A stretch of 61,673 nt of DNA, the filler included, from Alphaproteobacteria bacterium (GTDB taxonomy: Bacteria > Pseudomonadota > Alphaproteobacteria > Caedimonadales > UBA9215): assembly GCA_024280495.1 (NCBI GenBank). It is 11 parts of 11 records of this genome, joined end to end, with 100 filler letters (N's around TTAATTAATTAA, not from the genome) between each part and the next. Parts side by side here need not be neighbours in the genome. Positions count along the whole stretch, not along the records: positions 28,488 to 45,499 come from JAJRPZ010000080.1; positions 45,600 to 52,323 come from JAJRPZ010000081.1; 9 more parts are not named here. One strand, written 5' to 3'. Under the pieces are notes generated by a model. The model made no database searches and was not told the DNA's origin. It worked only from the letters and a program-made list of their open reading frames with translations. Position numbers and translations under genes: made by a program. Of this stretch, positions 38,265 through 47,919 are shown piece by piece. Position 1 is the stretch's first letter, and each line of letters begins with the position of its first letter.

Positions 38265-39044
38265 TTAATTATAATAATATTGATCCAACAAATGCACTAA
38301 AATGTCAATGGTTTCTCTATCAAGATCTCCACTAATATTAGAAGGTCTGAAATGCATTTGAAACGCTTGCAACGTTAAAACCGTTTGATCATCCAGATCC
38401 CCCGTCAAAGGGCACTGCATATAGCCAAAATCTCGAAGACGCATTTGAGTCCATTTAATGATATAAGAACCACTCAAGTCGCCTTCAGGAAAAGTCATAT
38501 GTTGCAAAGGTTTTCCTAGATCTGGCCAGGCACCAATATCGTATTCACGGTAAAGTCGCTCCCAAGGGAATAAAGGCCCTGGATCTATTTTACGCCCAGG
38601 GGCCAAATCGCTATGCCCCATGAAATTTAAGGGGCTTAAGGCTCCCCAGCGGTTTTTAAGTTGCAAAAGAAGCGTCACCAGGCTCTGATATTGCTTTTCA
38701 GAATAAGGAAACCAAGATTTATCTGACCCAGGAATAACAACACAGGACCTGCGATCAATATTATCAGGAACATGGTTCCCCTCAAAACCATAATTCACTA
38801 TTTCAATGCCAATGGAGGCTGAATTGAGATCCGTCAGACCACGCCAGGCCCCCTTCCCCGCATGCCATGCACGTTCTTCTTCTGGTATTAAATTTGAAAT
38901 ATTACCATGGGATTGAATCAAATAATGCGCACTCACCTGACTATTCTGATTGGTCAGCCAAGCAATTGAAGCATCGTCATCACCAGCTGTATAATGCAAA
39001 ATAATGAATTGAGGTTTTCTGGGTGTGTAATTAGGCGAGTGCAT
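38265..39044 (-). CDS. N-acetylmuramoyl-L-alanine amidase (Amidase_2, AmiD/AmpD-like) with a C-terminal peptidoglycan-binding domain
   Basis: ILHYT, VSAHYLI, RAWHAG, SIGIEIVN, GHSDLAPGRKIDPG and AFQMHFRP. Confidence 0.92.
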   Translation of the reverse strand: MHSPNYTPRKPQFIILHYTAGDDDASIAWLTNQNSQVSAHYLIQSHGNISNLIPEEERAWHAGKGAWRGLTDLNSASIGIEIVNYGFEGNHVPDNIDRRSCVVIPGSDKSWFPYSEKQYQSLVTLLLQLKNRWGALSPLNFMGHSDLAPGRKIDPGPLFPWERLYREYDIGAWPDLGKPLQHMTFPEGDLSGSYIIKWTQMRLRDFGYMQCPLTGDLDDQTVLTLQAFQMHFRPSNISGDLDRETIDILVHLLDQYYYN

Positions 39045-39194
39045 ATCATTATTTTACAAAAAACTTTCAATTATTTTGGAATAGATCCCTCTCCATGACA
39101 AGTCATTATTTTATCATCATATAAAATATATGGCTTCCAAATAGGTGAAAAATATATACTGTAAAAAATTATATAAATATATCAAGGACTTTCA

Positions 39195-39971
39195 ATGACG
39201 ATTGTGAGATTATATATAGTCACTTTAATAACTTTTTTATCCTCTCTAATTTCCTCAGCAACAAACGCCTCCAGTCAATCAATGATAGAGTTATATTCCC
39301 TTTCTGAAAATATATCTCTAAAACTCACAAAACATTTCACTGCCAAACCTAGAAATATAGAGAATATACCCCATGCTCCCTCGGTAATTCATAAGGGACG
39401 CTCAAACTTAAAATCTTTTCGACGGGATGCCAGAGTTCTCCTCAAAAGCATTCCTCATCGAGATCAAGAAGCAGTCGTTAATGCTCTTATTCAGTTTAGA
39501 GGCTCTTTAAAATCAACTCAGCAACATCTGGATTTTACACGACTTTTAATTTTCCTAAAGAAAGAAGATAGATTAAATATATTCAACCTCATCACAGAGA
39601 AAATCATTGCCAATTTGGATTTTAAAACCCATAATTTTAACCATGAAGGTCATTGGAAATTATTGAGGGCCCTGGGCCGTATTGCACAACACGAGCGCCC
39701 CTTCTCTTGTCAATATCTATTAAAAGAACTATTATCATTAGATTCATTCAAAAACGTTGAAAATGCTCGAGAATCTTATATATTGGACCATTTTCTAGTG
39801 CCTTTTTCTCACGTTACTGAATGGACATCAGATCATTCAAAAATACTTTTAGTGACCATATCTGACGCCGCACTATCACAAGAATGGAGCCCTTTAAATA
39901 TTTCTGGCCTCTATGGCTATATGAATACCCTAATCAGCACTACAGTCATTCAAGAGATAAACCAAGACTAA
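39195..39971 (+). CDS. Hypothetical exported protein
   Basis: AAGGA RBS, signal-peptide-like N-terminus and a helical-looking body. No family recognised. Confidence 0.6.
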   Translation: MTIVRLYIVTLITFLSSLISSATNASSQSMIELYSLSENISLKLTKHFTAKPRNIENIPHAPSVIHKGRSNLKSFRRDARVLLKSIPHRDQEAVVNALIQFRGSLKSTQQHLDFTRLLIFLKKEDRLNIFNLITEKIIANLDFKTHNFNHEGHWKLLRALGRIAQHERPFSCQYLLKELLSLDSFKNVENARESYILDHFLVPFSHVTEWTSDHSKILLVTISDAALSQEWSPLNISGLYGYMNTLISTTVIQEINQD

Positions 39972-40038
39972 AAAAGTGTGGTAACTAAGTGAAAAACATA
40001 AAAAATGACAAACCTCACCTTGCTCAACAGGTATAATT

Positions 40039-41349
40039 ATGCCATGGTGCCCCATGATAAGTTCTTTTAATCCATCGTCGAACAGGACATATCCAAAAAA
40101 AGCCTGGCTTTTCTGGGGTCTTGCTGCACTCTTCTATTTTTATCAATTTGTTTTACGGGTCAGCCCTGGCGTCATGAGTCAAGAACTCATGAGAGATTTT
40201 GCTGTTCAGGGTTGTGCCCTTGGGATTCTTGGCGCTTTTTATTATAATGCTTATGCGGCTATGCAAATTCCCTTGGGCATCCTTCTCGATCACTTTGGTC
40301 CTAAAAAACTCATGGCCGTAAGTTGTCTTGTGGCAGCAGCTGGGACATACCTTTTTTCGACAGCAGAAAGCCTTCATGTGGCCTCCGTTGGGCGCCTTAT
40401 GATGGGAGCAGGAGCGTCATGTGGCTTTATTGGAACTCTCAAACTGGCAACTCTTTGGTTTCCCCCAGAAAAAGTTGGAACAGTCATTGGGTTCACCATG
40501 ATTTTGGGCACCATGGGAGCAACTTCTGCTGGCGCCCCCCTTGGACATGCCGTTGATTATTTCGGATGGCGAGACTCCTTGATGGGAATTTCTGCTATTG
40601 GCCTTGGTCTTGCCGCGCTCATCTATTTACTCATGAAAGAACCAAATCGTAAATATACCCATAAAATGGCTCAAATTTCAGACAAACCAGAACCAACAAC
40701 AAAAATGGGTATTTTAGACGGTTTGGCCATTGTAGCAACATCCAAACAAACGTGGCTCATTGGCCTTTTTGGCTGTTTAATGTACGTCCCTTTAGCTGCC
40801 CTTGCGGACTTATGGGGAAGTCCTTATTTGTCGGAAAGATATGATATTTCATCAAAACATGCGTCGGCCATAACGTCATTTATTTATATTGGCGTTGCCG
40901 TTGGTGCTCCTGCTGCCATGTGGTTTTCCGACTACCTTAAATCCCGTAAAAAAGTAATGTACCTCAGTGCAGTTCTTTATTTCATTGCTTTTTCCGCCAT
41001 GATTTTCATTCCGCAAATCCCCCTAACAGCCATGTCCTTTTTCATGTTTTTAGCAGGTTTTTTATTTTCGGGACAAAATCTTGTTTTTGCCATGTCAACG
41101 GAGCGTATGCCAACGAAAATTAGCGGTATCGTTGCTGCATTCACCAATATGATTGTGATGCTCAGTGGCGTTGTCTTTGAACCTCTCATTGGCTGGCTTC
41201 TAGATTATCACTGGGCTGGAAACCTTAAGGAATCTGGTGCGCCATGGTTTACAATAGATGATTTTACCTTTGCACTTTCAGCAGTACCTCTCGCGCTATT
41301 TTTTGCGATCCTCGCTCTCTTTTTCATTAAAGAAACTTACCCAAAATAA
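40039..41349 (+). CDS. MFS transporter
   Basis: About 12 TM segments, with motif-A-like GILLDHFGPK and WFSDYLKSRK. Confidence 0.92.
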   Translation: MPWCPMISSFNPSSNRTYPKKAWLFWGLAALFYFYQFVLRVSPGVMSQELMRDFAVQGCALGILGAFYYNAYAAMQIPLGILLDHFGPKKLMAVSCLVAAAGTYLFSTAESLHVASVGRLMMGAGASCGFIGTLKLATLWFPPEKVGTVIGFTMILGTMGATSAGAPLGHAVDYFGWRDSLMGISAIGLGLAALIYLLMKEPNRKYTHKMAQISDKPEPTTKMGILDGLAIVATSKQTWLIGLFGCLMYVPLAALADLWGSPYLSERYDISSKHASAITSFIYIGVAVGAPAAMWFSDYLKSRKKVMYLSAVLYFIAFSAMIFIPQIPLTAMSFFMFLAGFLFSGQNLVFAMSTERMPTKISGIVAAFTNMIVMLSGVVFEPLIGWLLDYHWAGNLKESGAPWFTIDDFTFALSAVPLALFFAILALFFIKETYPK

Positions 41350-41364
41350 AAAAAGAGCTTTAAT

Positions 41365-42084
41365 TCAAGCAGAAACAATGGAAAGAGCCGCCAATGCTGC
41401 TGTTTCCGCGCGTAAAATATTATTGTTCAATGTAACAAATTTAACAGCTGGATTTCTCTCAAAATAAGAAAATTCAGTTGGACTAAACCCGCCCTCAGGC
41501 CCGATGACAATATGAATGATTTTCTCCGTTCCAAGAGACTCTTTCAACTTTAAGGCCGTCAATCGTTCATCACAAACAAAGATAATATTTTTATTTTCCT
41601 CTAGGCTAGAAAGGGATTTATCAAGGGGCTTAAGGTCAATGAATTTAGGAACATTAAGGCGGTCACATTGCTCGGAAGCCTCAATGGCAGAAAGGCGGTT
41701 TTTATGGGTTTTAAAAGCACGGACAACGGTACGCTCCGTTAGAATAGGATGAAAATGCGTTACCCCAAGCTCCGTTGCTTTTTCAATCAAAAAGCCTTGA
41801 GCAGATTGTTTTAACGGTGAAAAATGAAGGTGTAATTCCACCTCCGAAGGTTGTTTTTTCAATTGTGCCAATAGTATGAGCAGGCACGTTTTTTTTGAAG
41901 GGTAAGTCGCTTGTGCTGACCAGAGCCCATTGAAACCATTAAAAATTGTGATTTTTTGATCAGGAGTTACTCGCATGACATTTTGAACATAGTGAGCTTG
42001 TTTTGATGTCAAGGGGACCTCTTGTCCCAAGGATTTAAAAGGCACATCCTCGATAAACAAACGAACTTTACGCATAAATATCAA
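41365..42084 (-). CDS. rsmE: 16S rRNA m3U1498 methyltransferase
   Basis: HYVQNVMR, EKATELGV, EASEQC, IGPEGGFS and ILRAETAA. Confidence 0.95.
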   Translation of the reverse strand: MIFMRKVRLFIEDVPFKSLGQEVPLTSKQAHYVQNVMRVTPDQKITIFNGFNGLWSAQATYPSKKTCLLILLAQLKKQPSEVELHLHFSPLKQSAQGFLIEKATELGVTHFHPILTERTVVRAFKTHKNRLSAIEASEQCDRLNVPKFIDLKPLDKSLSSLEENKNIIFVCDERLTALKLKESLGTEKIIHIVIGPEGGFSPTEFSYFERNPAVKFVTLNNNILRAETAALAALSIVSA

Positions 42085-43292
42085 TCCTTAATCCACTTTT
42101 TGCGTTCATTCCCAAGGGTGTCTTTTTTAATGGCATTTCGAACGGCCTCCAGAAGACGATTCATATAGAAAACATTATGGATGGTGATGGCTTGAGGCGC
42201 CAAGAGTTCTTTTGCCTTTAAAAGATAATGGAGATAGCCCCGTGAAAAATTCTGACATGTTTCACAGCCACATGTTTTATCGATGGGATCTTGATCTTCC
42301 TTGAATTGAGCATTCATCAAGTTAATATGTTCTTTGGTCGTATCTAGGCCTTGGTCCGCACGAATGAGGGCGCCACCATGCCGTCCTAACCTTGTTGGAT
42401 GAACGCAATCAAAGGTGTCAATACCATGTTGGACACCCTCAAATATATCGCGAATACCACCAATCCCAAGCAAATGCACAGGGCGTTCACGGGTTAATCT
42501 CGACATTGTATAAGCGACAACATCATACATTTGTTCTTTATTGGACCCAAGGGATCCGCCCACAGCATGGGCAAAAAAGGGCTGATCATTTACAAAATCT
42601 GTTGCTTCACGGCGAAGGTCTTCATAAACACCACCTTGAACAATGCCATATAAAGCCTGGGTACCATCATGATGTTTTTTAAATTCTGCAAGACTACGTT
42701 CCTCCCAACGGTGGGAACGACGCATGGAAAGAGCCGTATAAGATTTTTCAACATGGAATGGCGTGCATTCATCAAAAACAACAACAAAGTCAGTACCAAG
42801 CTCACGTTGGGTTTGAATTGATTTCTCAGGGGTCAACATATGCTTTTTTCCATCCAAATAAGATTGAAATAAAGCGCCTTCTTCCGTAATTTTCATAAGG
42901 GTTTTACGACGCCCCCCAAAACGTTTTCCTTTGATTTCACTTGCAACGGACCCATGGCCCAAACTAAAAACCTGAAAACCGCCAGAATCCGTTAGAATTG
43001 GACCATCCCAGCCCATAAATTTATGAATACCACCCATTTTTTGAATATGTTTACTACCTGGATTCACCATCAAATGATAGGTGTTCGAGAGAACAAATTG
43101 CGTATTGGCAGCCTTCATTTGAGTTGGGGAGAGCCCCTTAATGGCAGCTTTTGTGGCACAAAAAATAAAAGCTGGGGTTTGCACACTGCCATGGGGGGTA
43201 TTAAGTTGACCAAGCCTCGCATTTGATGAGGGGCTTTTAAAGGTAATGTCAAAGGAAAAATTGGGATAATCCATAAGTGATAATAATCTCAT
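42081..43292 (-). CDS. tgt: tRNA-guanine(34) transglycosylase
   Basis: SNTYHL, TDSGGFQVFSL, FDECT, GIVQGG, HLLGIG, FDCVHPTR and zinc site CGCETC...HN. Confidence 0.96.
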   Translation of the reverse strand: MRLLSLMDYPNFSFDITFKSPSSNARLGQLNTPHGSVQTPAFIFCATKAAIKGLSPTQMKAANTQFVLSNTYHLMVNPGSKHIQKMGGIHKFMGWDGPILTDSGGFQVFSLGHGSVASEIKGKRFGGRRKTLMKITEEGALFQSYLDGKKHMLTPEKSIQTQRELGTDFVVVFDECTPFHVEKSYTALSMRRSHRWEERSLAEFKKHHDGTQALYGIVQGGVYEDLRREATDFVNDQPFFAHAVGGSLGSNKEQMYDVVAYTMSRLTRERPVHLLGIGGIRDIFEGVQHGIDTFDCVHPTRLGRHGGALIRADQGLDTTKEHINLMNAQFKEDQDPIDKTCGCETCQNFSRGYLHYLLKAKELLAPQAITIHNVFYMNRLLEAVRNAIKKDTLGNERKKWIKD

Positions 43293-44056
43293 TTTATTAT
43301 AGGGATAGCTCTTTTCTTAAAAAAATATAACACAACTGCATTCAAACCAGTGAGCATTAAACGTAAAACATAAGTTCCTAAAATATAAGTAAAGATCAAC
43401 GTGTAGGTGTCAATATCAAGGGGTGCTAGAATCTTCCAGGCAAGCACACTGAAAATGACATTATCCACCAAGGATGAAAGGGCGGTGGACACAAAAGAAC
43501 GCAGCCACAATGAACGCCCTTCAGTTATTTTTTTCACGGCCAAAAAAATCTGCACATCGGTATACTGTGAAATAAGATAAGCAGTGAGACTGGCGATGAA
43601 GAGTGCTGGAGCGGGCATAAATAAAGTTTGCATGGCATAGTGCGCTTCATTAAAGTGCTCGACATTAGCTCCTGACAAAGGGAGCAAAGGCTGCACGCCA
43701 ATTGTTAGCATCATCATACCAGTCAAAAAAATAATGCCAAAAAAACCACTCCAAATGGCTTTGCGTGCCGCTGCTCGCCCGTGAAATTCTGCTAAAATAT
43801 CCGTTGCCAAAAAAGTAATCATAAAAATAACAGTTCCCATGGCGATGGGTTCTTGAAAAAGGGAAATTTGCATGGCCTTAAGAACTTGCATATTTCCTAT
43901 AATCACGCCTAGGGTCATGAAAATATAAACACCTGATTTTCCAAAAAATTTATAAAGAATACCAAGGGAGAGTACGCCAAAAACGTACATCAACATGAGA
44001 TTCAACTCGTTGGGAAATTGTTGAAGCCAAAGGACAAAGGGGGTCAAATTGAGCAT
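43289..44056 (-). CDS. yhhQ: Queuosine-precursor transporter (YhhQ/QPTR, DUF165)
   Basis: FLATDILAEFHGRAAARKAIW, ASLTAYLISQYTDV and LWLRSFVST...VDNVIFS; the stop overlaps the tgt start. ATG 44056 is preferred because the upstream in-frame codons lie in a repeat element. Confidence 0.88.
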   Translation of the reverse strand: MLNLTPFVLWLQQFPNELNLMLMYVFGVLSLGILYKFFGKSGVYIFMTLGVIIGNMQVLKAMQISLFQEPIAMGTVIFMITFLATDILAEFHGRAAARKAIWSGFFGIIFLTGMMMLTIGVQPLLPLSGANVEHFNEAHYAMQTLFMPAPALFIASLTAYLISQYTDVQIFLAVKKITEGRSLWLRSFVSTALSSLVDNVIFSVLAWKILAPLDIDTYTLIFTYILGTYVLRLMLTGLNAVVLYFFKKRAIPIIK

Positions 44057-44163
44057 TATAGTCATTCCAAAAAAATTCCAGACGTCGTCAATCACTCCCA
44101 CACCTATAAATTATAGGCATTGGTCTCTCGCTCCTAGACTGGAACCTTTTTGAAACGACTATA
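44057..44163. repeat. Palindromic MITE-like element, family A, full copy (107 bp)
   Basis: TATAGTCATTCCAAAAAAATTCCAG...CCTATAAATTATAGG...CTGGAACCTTTTTGAAACGACTATA, with long imperfect inverted arms and TATA ends. Confidence 0.87.
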
Positions 44164-44248
44164 TCTTTCAGTTAGTTGTAGAGTACTTTTTTTACCATAA
44201 ATGAAAAAAAATACAAATTAAATTACAAGATTCTTCAGGAAACTCTAC

Positions 44249-44274
44249 AAAAAAAGAGGGGAATTCCCCTCTTT
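44249..44274 (-). terminator. Intrinsic terminator after the lipase gene
   Basis: AAAGAGGGG-AATT-CCCCTCTTT with a T7 tract on the minus strand. Confidence 0.75.
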
Positions 44275-44307
44275 AATATTTCCATTAGTTTTTTTATTTA
44301 GGTTTTA

Positions 44308-45498
44308 TTACCAAAATTTAACAGCATTCCAAGCTCTGCTTGCAATGTTTTGAGTCGCTGCTTGAACTTTAGGCGTTACTGTCAATTCATTGAGTTCAAT
44401 TTCATGACCCATATTGGACTTGTATTCAGCTGAAAGTTTTTGTTGACGAGCGTCCACAAGCTTTTGTCTTTTGGCACATGACTCTGCACTTTCAACAACT
44501 TCTTCGGTACCAATTACAAAATCCTTAGCTTTGTTGAAAACAAAACCACCCAAACTTTTCGTACCATTCAAGACAGTTTTTCCTGCAAACTTTAAAGAAT
44601 CAACGACACTTGTAGGCTCTTCGCTTGTTGTTAATGCCTTTGAAACAATTTTAGCAGTTCCCACAAGGGCTAATTTCGTGATACTTGCTGCATTTAAAGC
44701 AATCTCACCAATATTTTTAGCAACTTGAATGGTTGTATTCGCAGCAAGATCAACGGCTTCTACGGGATTCTCTGATGCCCAAGTAGCTTTCTCTAACAAG
44801 GTGTTTGCAGCCTTAACGGGATTCTTAACCCCTCCAATTACTGTTTCCGCCCACGCTTGGATAGAATTATCTTTTTCTGTAAGCAGATCACGATCTTCAT
44901 TGGCATTAGCTGACTCAAATTTATACGTATTACCAGTATTAGATTTTACGTCGCGTTTTACTTCGCCCATAACATGCATGGTATTCAACATCTTACGATA
45001 GCCACCCATCATATGCATCCAAGAGTCACCGTTCACTGGAAGATAAAGCTTGTTACCAATATGAGCGCCGCCATTTAAACAACCCAATGCAGCATAACCG
45101 ACAAGGTCTTTAGCTTGTAAGATATTAAGGTGATTATCCTTAGCTAGTTCATTGGATTCAGCGGCTGTTCTCTTATGAAGAGCACGTGGCGCTGCAAATG
45201 TAATCATGGGTGAAACAACACCGATTTTACGTCGTGCAATGTCAGCAAATACTTGAGCGCAACCTGCACCACGACTATGACCTGTAATTGTGATCTTAGC
45301 CATGGCTTCTTCAATAGAATAAGCATTCTTTTCTGCAAAATGCATAATATGATTCCATGCAGATGCTTCAAGCTCATTATACATGTTTAAGAAGCCATTA
45401 TGATAACGACCACCATCTTTGTGATCAGTCATTAATGAATCAAAATCTGAAATCCATGTATTTAAACGATCACTTCCTTTGAAGGACAAAACAGCAGT
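44308..45498 (-). CDS. Lipase class 3 family protein with a long C-terminal tail, N-terminus missing
   Basis: SFKGS, HNGF, ITGHSRGA (GxSxG), TFAAPR, DLV and the His in WMHMM. Confidence 0.85.
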   Translation of the reverse strand, partial: TAVLSFKGSDRLNTWISDFDSLMTDHKDGGRYHNGFLNMYNELEASAWNHIMHFAEKNAYSIEEAMAKITITGHSRGAGCAQVFADIARRKIGVVSPMITFAAPRALHKRTAAESNELAKDNHLNILQAKDLVGYAALGCLNGGAHIGNKLYLPVNGDSWMHMMGGYRKMLNTMHVMGEVKRDVKSNTGNTYKFESANANEDRDLLTEKDNSIQAWAETVIGGVKNPVKAANTLLEKATWASENPVEAVDLAANTTIQVAKNIGEIALNAASITKLALVGTAKIVSKALTTSEEPTSVVDSLKFAGKTVLNGTKSLGGFVFNKAKDFVIGTEEVVESAESCAKRQKLVDARQQKLSAEYKSNMGHEIELNELTVTPKVQAATQNIASRAWNAVKFW

Positions 45499-45499
45499 A

Positions 45500-45599
45500 N
45501 NNNNNNNNNNNNNNNNNNNNNNNNNNNNNNNNNNNNNNNNNNNTTAATTAATTAANNNNNNNNNNNNNNNNNNNNNNNNNNNNNNNNNNNNNNNNNNNN
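45500..45599. other. Artificial contig spacer
   Basis: N44-TTAATTAATTAA-N44. Confidence 0.99.
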
Positions 45600-45712
45600 A
45601 GAAGAGAAAAAATAGACCCTAAAACAATGACCATGGCCATAACGAATGAAAATGTTTTTTTGCCAGCAAAGTCAAAATTTGTATTATTGGGAATGAATTG
45701 AAGACCACGCAT
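45600..45712 (-). CDS. secF: Protein translocase subunit SecF, N-terminus only
   Basis: MRGLQFIPNNTNFDFAGKKTFSFVMAMVIVLGSIFFS, directly downstream of secD. Confidence 0.8.
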
Positions 45713-45770
45713 GTGTTTATCCTAATCAAAATTTATTTTTAGAGCCAATATATGACTATATTAAAGACCT

Positions 45771-47348
45771 TTATAAAGGAAGTGTTTTAGGTTTAGCCCA
45801 CTTGAACCAAGTTGCAATCATGAGCCTTGTTAAAGTAATGGCCGTGAACATAGAAATAGCAATTCCCATACAAAGAGTCACGCCAAACCCTTTAACGGGG
45901 CCAGATCCAAAAAAGAAGAGAGCTAATCCCCCAATGATGGTGGTTATGTTGGAATCCATAATGGTTGCAATGGCACGTTTGTACCCTGCTTCGATAGCTT
46001 GGGCGACCTTTGTGCCCGCACGTAATTCTTCTTTGATACGTTCTAAAATCAAAACATTGGCATCAACGGCCATTCCCAAAGTCAAAGCCATACCCGCAAT
46101 ACCTGGAAGGGTAAGGGTTGATCCCGTAAGGGCTAGGGCTGAAATTAAAAAAACCAAATTTAAGGATAATGCAATGGATGCAAATAAGCCAAATAAGGAA
46201 TATGAAATGAGCATAAAGATAAAGACTAAAATGATGGCATAGATTGTTGCGTCCTGACCAGCTGCAATGGAGTCGGCCCCAAGGTCTGGCCCAACGGTGC
46301 GTTCTTCGATGACATTCAAGGGGGCAGGCAAAGAACCTGACCGTAATAAGACAGAAAGTCGAGAAGTTTCTTCAACGCTGAAATTCCCTGAAATTTGCAC
46401 ATTCCCCCCAAGAATGGGTTCATTTAAATTAGGAGCGCTGATGATTTTACCGTCCAATATCATTGCCAATTGATGATGTGTATATTGCTTGGTGACTTCA
46501 GCGAATTTCTTTGCCCCCATGGTGTCAAAACGCATAGTGACAACGGGGCTATTGTGTTGATCAAAGCTTGGTTGCGCATTAACGAGACTCTCCCCCGTGA
46601 GGAGAACTTGCTTACGCACAAGATAAGTTGTTGGTTGACGACCATCATGGATTTGAGACGAGACCTCTGGGATGGCTATGGTGCCAGGTAAAACACGCCC
46701 TCCAGTTGACTTAAGAGTGGGATATTGTTTATGAACTATTTGAAAAGTTAGTTTCGCTGCACGACCCAAAATTTCCTTGGCTTTTTCTGGATCGCTGACC
46801 CCTGGCAATTGAACTATAATACGATCCGTTCCCTGGGTTTGAATATTTGGTTCCCGAGTTCCAAGGGCATTAATACGACGTTCAATAACCTCACGGGATT
46901 GCTGAATAAGAAGTTTTTTCTTCTCTGCAATGGCCTTATGGGAATATTTCATGGCGAAAGATTTTTTTGTATCATTATAAGCTATATCAAGGCCTTGTTG
47001 TCCAAGCTCTTTATACACAAGGGAGCGGTCTTTAGCGTCTTGAATGGTAAAGGTAACCACAAGACCCTCAACGCGCATATTGGAAAATCTAATGCGTTTT
47101 TTTCGCAAAATTTTACGGGCATCATCTGATAAAAAGGCCGCTTGGTCCCTAAGGGCTGATTGAATATCAACTTCTAATAATAAGTGTGATCCCCCTTGAA
47201 GATCAAGGCCAAGGCTTACCTCATCCTGCATCCAACTGGGAAGTTTTTTAATGGTTTCCTTATCCACAAAGGAAGGAATAGCATAAAGAATGCCAAAAAT
47301 AACTGCAAATAAAATGGATGACTTTTTCCAAAGGGGAAAGTGAAGCAT
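45771..47348 (-). CDS. secD: Protein translocase subunit SecD
   Basis: LGLDLQGGSHLLLEVD, RRINALGTREP, ERTVGPDLG and GMAVDANVLILERIKEE. Confidence 0.97.
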   Translation of the reverse strand: MLHFPLWKKSSILFAVIFGILYAIPSFVDKETIKKLPSWMQDEVSLGLDLQGGSHLLLEVDIQSALRDQAAFLSDDARKILRKKRIRFSNMRVEGLVVTFTIQDAKDRSLVYKELGQQGLDIAYNDTKKSFAMKYSHKAIAEKKKLLIQQSREVIERRINALGTREPNIQTQGTDRIIVQLPGVSDPEKAKEILGRAAKLTFQIVHKQYPTLKSTGGRVLPGTIAIPEVSSQIHDGRQPTTYLVRKQVLLTGESLVNAQPSFDQHNSPVVTMRFDTMGAKKFAEVTKQYTHHQLAMILDGKIISAPNLNEPILGGNVQISGNFSVEETSRLSVLLRSGSLPAPLNVIEERTVGPDLGADSIAAGQDATIYAIILVFIFMLISYSLFGLFASIALSLNLVFLISALALTGSTLTLPGIAGMALTLGMAVDANVLILERIKEELRAGTKVAQAIEAGYKRAIATIMDSNITTIIGGLALFFFGSGPVKGFGVTLCMGIAISMFTAITLTRLMIATWFKWAKPKTLPL

Positions 47349-47440
47349 AGTGACCTCTTTCAGGGCAGATTAAAGGGAACTTAACGCCCATTTGTCTATC
47401 ATGAGAAGATCATGGCAAAAGAGCGTAAACGAAAGGTTAA

Positions 47441-47875
47441 TTATTTCCGAGTAGCTGTTGTTTTTTTAGGATTTATTTTCTTTTTTACAGAACTCTTTTT
47501 AAGGGGTGATTTCTTTTCTGTTGTTACGGTTTTTGCGGTTGTGAGCACTTGAGAGACGCTGGAACGCACAACTTTTATTTCCGTGTCCTTAGAGATTTCA
47601 ACTAGAATTTCGTTGTTATCAATGACTTTGGAAACCTTACCTATAATACCGTTTACCACAATAACGTCATCGCCTTTTTTAAGGGCTGATACCATTTCAC
47701 GGTGAGTTTTTGCTTTTTTATTTTGGGGGCGAATCACTAGAAAATACATCACACCAAGAATCAAGACAAATGGTAAAAAACTGGCTAAGGTGTTTTGAGC
47801 ACCAGAAGCTTGAGCATTTCCTACGCTTGCAATGAAAAAAGAAGCAACGGCGAAAGGGGTTGAAAAACGAAACAT
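47441..47875 (-). CDS. yajC: Preprotein translocase subunit YajC
   Basis: MYFLVIRPQNKK and LKKGDDVIVVNGIIGKV; upstream of secD. Confidence 0.94.
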   Translation of the reverse strand: MFRFSTPFAVASFFIASVGNAQASGAQNTLASFLPFVLILGVMYFLVIRPQNKKAKTHREMVSALKKGDDVIVVNGIIGKVSKVIDNNEILVEISKDTEIKVVRSSVSQVLTTAKTVTTEKKSPLKKSSVKKKINPKKTTATRK

Positions 47876-47919
47876 TAAATAATCTCCAAAATAATTTTTA
47901 TAAATAAATATAGGTCACA

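Noticed and set aside
44057..44250. preQ1 riboswitch upstream of yhhQ-tgt
   Set aside because: The structured sequence there is the dispersed family A repeat, and no preQ1 aptamer consensus was recognisable.
45748..45762. ATGACTATAT between secD and secF as a family A remnant
   Set aside because: A match of about 10 nt is too short to support.
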